A stretch of DNA of 64,000 nucleotides, taken from an uncultured Lentisphaerales bacterium (GTDB taxonomy: Bacteria; Verrucomicrobiota; Lentisphaeria; JABSQK01; UBA12247). Shown here piece after piece: positions 58,693 to 64,000 of this stretch. Each line of letters starts with the position of its first letter. Position 1 is the first letter of the stretch. The position numbers and the translations under genes were made by a program. The stretch spans positions 64,001 to 128,000 of the forward strand of contig CALSSJ010000015.1 of assembly GCA_943788985.1 (NCBI GenBank), read 5' to 3'. Below the pieces are notes generated by a model, which saw nothing but the letters and a program-made list of their open reading frames with translations, made no database searches and was not told the origin of the DNA.

Positions 58693-59076
58693 ATGATTAT
58701 TGGAATTGGGACAGATCTGGTGCAGATCTCACGTCTAGCAGGCGTGATGGAGCGGCACCCGGAACCGTTCTTACGGCGAACATACACGGCTGTCGAGCAG
58801 GCGGCGGCGCGAGAGCGTAAGAATAGTCTGTCGTTTTTGGCGGGGCGCTGGGCCGCGAAGGAGGCCGTTTCAAAAGCCTTACGAACCGGGATCGGGGTCC
58901 ACTGCAGCTTTACCGATGTCGAGATTACCCGCAACGCCGATGGGGCACCGCGCATTTCCCTCTCCGGCGACGCGTTGCGAACTTCGCAAGCCCTGGGCAT
59001 CGACAGCTGGCACGTGTCTATCACCCATGAGCAAGACTACGCCTGCGCGTTCGTGATTGCGGAGCGGACCGGATGA
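58693..59076 (+). CDS. acpS: holo-ACP synthase
   Basis: GIGTDLV, LAGRWAAKEAVSKA, VSITHE. Confidence 0.95.
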   Translation: MIIGIGTDLVQISRLAGVMERHPEPFLRRTYTAVEQAAARERKNSLSFLAGRWAAKEAVSKALRTGIGVHCSFTDVEITRNADGAPRISLSGDALRTSQALGIDSWHVSITHEQDYACAFVIAERTG

Positions 59077-60566
59077 AGGTCGTCAGCGGGACCACGATGC
59101 GCCAGGTAGACGCGGCGACCATTGCAGCTGGCCTCTCGGATCAGGTGCTGATGGAGCGGGCGGGCCAAGGAGCTACGGCTGCCATCGTCGCGTTTCTGGC
59201 AAACTCCGCAGCGTCGCATCGACGTCGCATCGTCGTGTACGCGGGCAAGGGCAATAATGGTGGAGATGGCTACGTCATCGCCCGCTGTCTGAGCGAGAAA
59301 GGGTACGATGTCGCCCTGGTCGCGAGTCATGAATCTAGCGCGCTCACCGGCGCAGCGGCTCACCACGCGCGCTTGCTTCCCACCACCGTACCAATCTTGA
59401 CTGCGTATTCCTTGTCCCCTGATTGCGTGGTGATCGATTGCCTGCTCGGGACAGGAATTGCCGGCCCAGCTCGAGTTCCGGTCAGCCATCTGATCCGTGA
59501 GATCAATGAGGCTGGCTGTCTCGTGATTGCGATCGACATAGCCTCTGGCGTCAATGCCGACGATGGTTCCGCAGCAGGGGAGGCCATTCGGGCCGACCTG
59601 ACTGTGACGATTGGCTGCCTCAAGACCGGCTTGCTCACCGGGGAGGGAGCAAAACTACGAGGCGTGCTCCGACTTGTGGATATCGGAATCGATCCACAAG
59701 CGCTGGGAGTTGCGGAGTCCGCAGGCGAGGCATTTACCGCGGCAGAGGCGCAGGCATTGCTCGGGCGGCTGCCACATGGCTGCCACAAGGTCACCACGGG
59801 ATGTGTCACCGTCTTCGGAGGCTCGGCGCTTTACCCAAGCGCACCGTTCCTTAGCGGGGAGGCTGCACTGCGGTGCGGCGCCGGCCTCGTGACGGTCGCT
59901 GTGCCCACAGCGATTCCGGTTCTGCCCGTGCCGCGTGCCCTGATCGTGCAGCAACGCAGCGGCCCGCAGACACACAGGGCCTTGGCCGAGGCCGAGCGCG
60001 CGGCTCTCACCAGCCAGGATGTCATCGCCGTTGGGCCCGGTCTGACACGTGAGCCCGAGGCCGTGGGGATGGTGCAACAGCTCTTGAGCACGGAGATAAA
60101 GCTGGTGGTAGATGCCGATGCCTTGGTTGCGATCTCCGCAGATCTGCTCCCGAAGCAGGCACCCTGGGTGCTGACTCCGCACGCAGGAGAGTGTGCTAGG
60201 CTGATCGAGCGCCTGGGCGGCAGTTGGCCGGAGGACCGCCGAGAGCTGGCCCGGGAACTATCCGCACAAACCGGGGCAGTCGTGGTCCTGAAGGGGCCGA
60301 ACACGATTGTGGCAGCGCCCGATGGCTCGGTCACTTGGAACACAACTGGGACTCAGGCTCTGGCCACAGGCGGGACAGGTGACATCCTGACCGGCATGAT
60401 CGCGGGCTTTTGGGCCGGTGGGCTTGCAGCTGCCGATGCCGCCAGGCTTGCTACTTTTGTCCACGGCAGCGTTGCGGAGTCCGCAATCTGCCAGCGGGCC
60501 TTCATCGCCGACGACTTGCTGGCTGGCTTGGCGCCCGCGCTCGCGGCCATCTCTCCGTTCGCCTGA
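59073..60566 (+). CDS. nnr: bifunctional NAD(P)H-hydrate epimerase/dehydratase
   Basis: LMERAG, GKGNNGGDG, DCLLGTG, DIASG, VGPGL, DADAL, LTPHAGE, LATGGTGDIL. Confidence 0.95.
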   Translation: MKVVSGTTMRQVDAATIAAGLSDQVLMERAGQGATAAIVAFLANSAASHRRRIVVYAGKGNNGGDGYVIARCLSEKGYDVALVASHESSALTGAAAHHARLLPTTVPILTAYSLSPDCVVIDCLLGTGIAGPARVPVSHLIREINEAGCLVIAIDIASGVNADDGSAAGEAIRADLTVTIGCLKTGLLTGEGAKLRGVLRLVDIGIDPQALGVAESAGEAFTAAEAQALLGRLPHGCHKVTTGCVTVFGGSALYPSAPFLSGEAALRCGAGLVTVAVPTAIPVLPVPRALIVQQRSGPQTHRALAEAERAALTSQDVIAVGPGLTREPEAVGMVQQLLSTEIKLVVDADALVAISADLLPKQAPWVLTPHAGECARLIERLGGSWPEDRRELARELSAQTGAVVVLKGPNTIVAAPDGSVTWNTTGTQALATGGTGDILTGMIAGFWAGGLAAADAARLATFVHGSVAESAICQRAFIADDLLAGLAPALAAISPFA

Positions 60567-61201
60567 TGGGAATGTTCGTCTCCATGGCGGTCGAAGATCC
60601 GCACCGTTACATGATGTGGGTGCTCTGCGTCATCTTCTCGATTTGCTTGCACGAGTTTGCCCATGCCATCGTGGCTAAATGGCAGGGGGATACGACGGCC
60701 GAGGATATGGGCCATCTTACCCTGAACCCGATGATTCAAATGGGGCCGATGGCGTTGATCATTCTCTGCCTAGCTGGGATTGCCTGGGGGGCAGTGCCCG
60801 TGGATCCTCGACAGATGCGCCATCGCTACAGCCATGCACTGGTGGCCTTTGCCGGTCCGGCGATGAATCTGTTGCTGTGGGTGCTGGGGGTGCTTGGCTT
60901 CGTACTGGCGATGAAGATGGCACCGGAGAACCAGACCTTGCACATGGCATTTTTTCAGCTAGCTAGTCTGAATTTGCTGCTGGCGCTATTCAATCTGATT
61001 CCCGCGAGTCCGTTGGATGGCTGGACTGTAGCCGCCTTCTTTTTCCCTAAGCTTGAGCAGGCATCGGATGAAGTGAAGGGAGGGATTACAATCGGACTTT
61101 TCGCACTGGCGTTTATCTCTCCCATGATTGGTTTCTTGTACAACCTGTCAGGAGACGTATCCTGGGCCGTGGGAAGCTTTCTGCTTACGCAGTTGAGTTG
61201 A
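60566..61201 (+). CDS. site-2 protease family (M50)
   Basis: LHEFAHA, GD.TA...HLTLNP, AGPAMN, FNLIPASPLDG. Confidence 0.92.
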   Translation: MGMFVSMAVEDPHRYMMWVLCVIFSICLHEFAHAIVAKWQGDTTAEDMGHLTLNPMIQMGPMALIILCLAGIAWGAVPVDPRQMRHRYSHALVAFAGPAMNLLLWVLGVLGFVLAMKMAPENQTLHMAFFQLASLNLLLALFNLIPASPLDGWTVAAFFFPKLEQASDEVKGGITIGLFALAFISPMIGFLYNLSGDVSWAVGSFLLTQLS

Positions 61202-61230
61202 CTGTAACTAGAAATCTTTTTCTTGAGGTT

Positions 61231-62290
61231 ATGCGACTGAATCATCCAAACACTCTGTTGATTATCACGGATCAGCAGTTCGCGGATGCGATGAGCTGCG
61301 ACATTGGCGATCGCTACTTACATACGCCTCATATGGATTCATTGGCCCGCAGCGGCATGCGCTTCACGCGCGCCTCCTCGCCGAATCCGCTCTGTGTGCC
61401 CCTGCGCAGCTCCGTGATCGCCGGGCTTTATCCGCAGTGGACAGGCGTTCAGTCCAGCGGCGGCCTGTGCCTTCCTGCGTGCGGAACACGAGAATCCCTA
61501 TTTCGCCGTTGCCTCGTTCCTGAGCCCACACGAGATCTGCGAGTGTTCCCGCCGCCAGGAGCTTCCGTGCAGCCAGATCGGGGAGCCTCCGGCCATGCCG
61601 GATCGGCCGCCTCTCCCGCACAACGCTGCACCGCCGGAGAACTAAACCGACATCATGGCTCAGATGCGCACGGCCTACCAGACCCACCGTTTGTTCCCCG
61701 TCGGAGACTGCACCGAGAACGATTGGCGTCGACAGCTCTGGGGCTATTACCGTCTTATTGAGCGTGCGGATCGCTTCGTCGGGGAGCTGCTCGCTGCCCT
61801 CTAGGCGTCCGGTCAGCAAGACGATCACATAGTGGTCGTCTTCATCTGCCACCAAGGAGTCATCGCACATGGCAAATCAGGCCCGCTGGCAAACCTGGGC
61901 GTGGACCTCATGCCGAGCTTATGCGAGTTTGCCGGGATTCCGGCTCCCGTAGCTTTGCCGGGCTTGAGCATTTAGGCAGCCGCTCATGGCGAAGAATCCG
62001 CTGGAAACCGCGAGTACGTCGTTTCCCAGAATCAAATGGTTCAGTGCGAGCCCGTAGACGGCAAACGGTTCATGCCCCACAGGCGCATGGTCCGTAGCGA
62101 CTGCGACAAATACAGCCTCTACAGCGAAGGCATCCGGCCCGAGTCATTGGTCGATATGGAACAGGACCCCGGTGAGATGTACAACCAAGCAGGCAATTCA
62201 AAGCTAGCGCCCGTGCTCACCTAGCACAGAGAATACCTCAGCGAGTTCGCGCAACAGCATGGCGACGATCAGGCGCTAAGCATGCTGAAC
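61231..62290 (+). pseudogene. sulfatase pseudogene
   Basis: PNTLLIITDQQ, TPHMDSLA, PLCVPLR (CxPxR), later DLMPSL and LVDMEQDPGEMYN. Several frameshifts, stops and internal deletions. Confidence 0.85.
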
Positions 62291-62756
62291 TACCAAGCTG
62301 GCGTTTTTCCGCGCACGCGGAAAAACGCGCCCCCAGCGCTTGGCGCGCTTGCCGATAGAGCCTTTGACATGGTTGCCGCTCGGTTCTCACTTAAGCTGCA
62401 AACAGCTTGCTGGCTCGTTGCGCTCGGCCAAGAAACGCTAGGCAAAATGGGTGCTTACCAGAGCCGTTCCAGGCTTTCCAGCGAGCGACTGACGGAGGGC
62501 CCGTTGTGTTGCTTGGGACGTGCTGAGGGGAACTCTTTGACTTCGAGCAAGTTCGTGAAATTACTGCCCGCTGCGAACGTGGTTGAATGATCCGTCAGCG
62601 AACTGAGGCCTGCCTGCTCGCAGGCGTGCGTTCTTCCAGTACTATATGGGACGGACAGCAGCAATCGTACCCCGGTCTCCGTAGAATAAGGCGCAGAATC
62701 GGGCGAGGGCGATTGCGCTGCTCCCTCGATGGTTTCTTCGAATACCGGTAATATTT

Positions 62757-64000
62757 ATGCACATTCCGACCATAAATATCAGCATACGCTGGAAGTTGAT
62801 CGGCGCGTTTTTTATCTCCGCGTTATGCCCATCTGTGCTGCTTCTGTGTGGAGTGCCGATCGCTCAGACGATCTTTGGCTCTCTACTCTGTGCGGCGGCT
62901 CTGGCGTGGTACTCCAGCGTGCGGATCCTGCGCACATTTAGTCGTGTGCAAGAGCGCCTTCCGTACCTCCGGCCGGAGGAAGCGCAGTTTCATCGGGACG
63001 AGTTGCTGGCGTTCGAGCAGCGGTTCTCCCATCTGGTAACCGCGGTAGAGCAGCTTGAGGGTAAGAATATCACGGATCAGATCGAGCCGGAGACGATCGT
63101 CCGTCGCACTGAGTGGCGGAGTGAGCTTGCGACCGGTAGCCCGGTGTGCGGGGAGGCGGTCCCCTTCCCGCGTGGCGACGGCAGCCATGAGTTGGCCCAA
63201 GTTACCGGCGAGGAGGCCGCACACCAGTTCGCGAGTTCGATCGCTTCCGTCAAACGTGAGCTCGATACAATCATGGCGCAAGCTGGTAATCATCCCGCTG
63301 TGGGTATTGGCATCCTCGAGTTTCAGCAGCTTCTGCTTCAGGATGAGTCGTTGATCGCTGAGGTGGAATCACACATCAAGCTTGGAGCGGCACTGGGAGA
63401 GGCGGTGGATCTCGCCTTTACGGCATTGCGGAATCGCTTTGAGGAGATGCCTAATGCCTACTTTCGGGCGCGGAGCGTGGATTGCGAAGACTTGCGGCAT
63501 CGGATGCAGTCGACCTTGCGCGGTCAGTTAGATGAAGCGTTGGTGGCGGAGCGGGTGGCTGGCAAAATCGTAATCTGCGAGCAACTGATGCCGTCCGAAG
63601 TCCTGTTGCTTGTAAAGTGCGGGGCAGTTGGCGTGGTCGCGGAGATCGGCACGCGCTGTTCGCACACGGAAATTCTGTTGAGCGCTCTGGATTTTCCGTC
63701 GCTGAGCCGTTTTCGTGAATTGGACGTGCGCCAGATCGATGGCGTCCAGGTGCTGCTAGATTGCCAGAATGCGCGGCTGGTGGGGCTACCGGATGCGGCC
63801 GAGGCGGTAGCGGCAAAAAACCGCGAGGAAACGGTGAATATCCCGGTGATTCGCGAGCCGGTGACGCTGAAGAGTGGGACGGATGTGGTGGTGGCAGTCA
63901 CGATCAATAACATCCACACCGAAGTGGATCAGGCCGTGAAAATGGGTGCCGATGCGGTCGGGCTGTTTCGGTCTGAGGTGGAGTTTATCGCTCGCAAGGA
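62757..64000 (+). CDS. PTS Enzyme I (PEP-protein phosphotransferase) with N-terminal TM and HAMP-like extension; runs off the window edge
   Basis: Translated by hand and open from ATG 62757 to 64000. YFRARSVDCEDL, LMPSE, GTRCSHTEIL (phospho-His motif), GADAVGLFRSE. Confidence 0.85.
   Translation, partial: MHIPTINISIRWKLIGAFFISALCPSVLLLCGVPIAQTIFGSLLCAAALAWYSSVRILRTFSRVQERLPYLRPEEAQFHRDELLAFEQRFSHLVTAVEQLEGKNITDQIEPETIVRRTEWRSELATGSPVCGEAVPFPRGDGSHELAQVTGEEAAHQFASSIASVKRELDTIMAQAGNHPAVGIGILEFQQLLLQDESLIAEVESHIKLGAALGEAVDLAFTALRNRFEEMPNAYFRARSVDCEDLRHRMQSTLRGQLDEALVAERVAGKIVICEQLMPSEVLLLVKCGAVGVVAEIGTRCSHTEILLSALDFPSLSRFRELDVRQIDGVQVLLDCQNARLVGLPDAAEAVAAKNREETVNIPVIREPVTLKSGTDVVVAVTINNIHTEVDQAVKMGADAVGLFRSEVEFIARK

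Larger units (their letters stand above)
1192..60485. repeat. dispersed 13-bp palindrome TGCG[AG]A[CG]T[CT]CGCA (22 exact copies counted)
   Basis: Starts at 1192, 14873, 24294, 29787, 37601, 38316, 38332, 38479, 39061, 41041, 42360, 50083, 51793, 51996, 52814, 56466, 56827, 57670, 57902, 58976, 59711, 60473. Confidence 0.9.

Noticed and set aside
1..64000. tRNA, rRNA or riboswitch genes
   Set aside because: None recognisable by eye. A covariance-model scan was not possible, so small ncRNAs cannot be excluded.

Overview
About 60% GC bacterial DNA. The gene content suggests the PVC superphylum (Lentisphaerae/Kiritimatiellota-like); this is an inference. The left part (1-36.7 kb) is accessory DNA. 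It holds two sugar-catabolism loci (ABC transporter + fucose/arabinose-isomerase-family protein + AraC; SSS transporter, amidohydrolase, isomerase, FGGY kinase, archaeal-type TIM, two YjbQ paralogues, SIS protein), a GH43, a Tat oxidoreductase and a small conflict island (AAA-PD-(D/E)XK, immunity-like gene, HipBA). Mobile DNA is layered through it: a RAYT with several REP/REPIN-type palindromes, two near-identical 2275-bp ISCR/IS91-type elements carrying a captured mosaic with a CRISPR-like repeat-spacer-repeat unit, two IS66 remnants, a repeat-flanked four-helix-bundle cassette and decayed integron-like cassettes. The right part (36.7-64 kb) is mostly housekeeping: waaA, hypEDCF, a DHOD-like gene, an M48 protease with three TIGR00266 genes, GT4/asnB, DAGK, FHA-MoxR, mutM, polyprenyl synthase, ACP, acpS, nnr, a site-2 protease, and a PTS Enzyme I with a membrane/HAMP-like N-terminus. 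The most striking unexplained signal is a 13-bp palindrome, TGCG[AG]A[CG]T[CT]CGCA. I counted 22 exact copies by eye, all inside genes, in all three reading frames, and 18 of them in the housekeeping half. No rRNA, tRNA or cas genes were recognised. All calls come from reading the sequence and recalling motifs; no searches were run.
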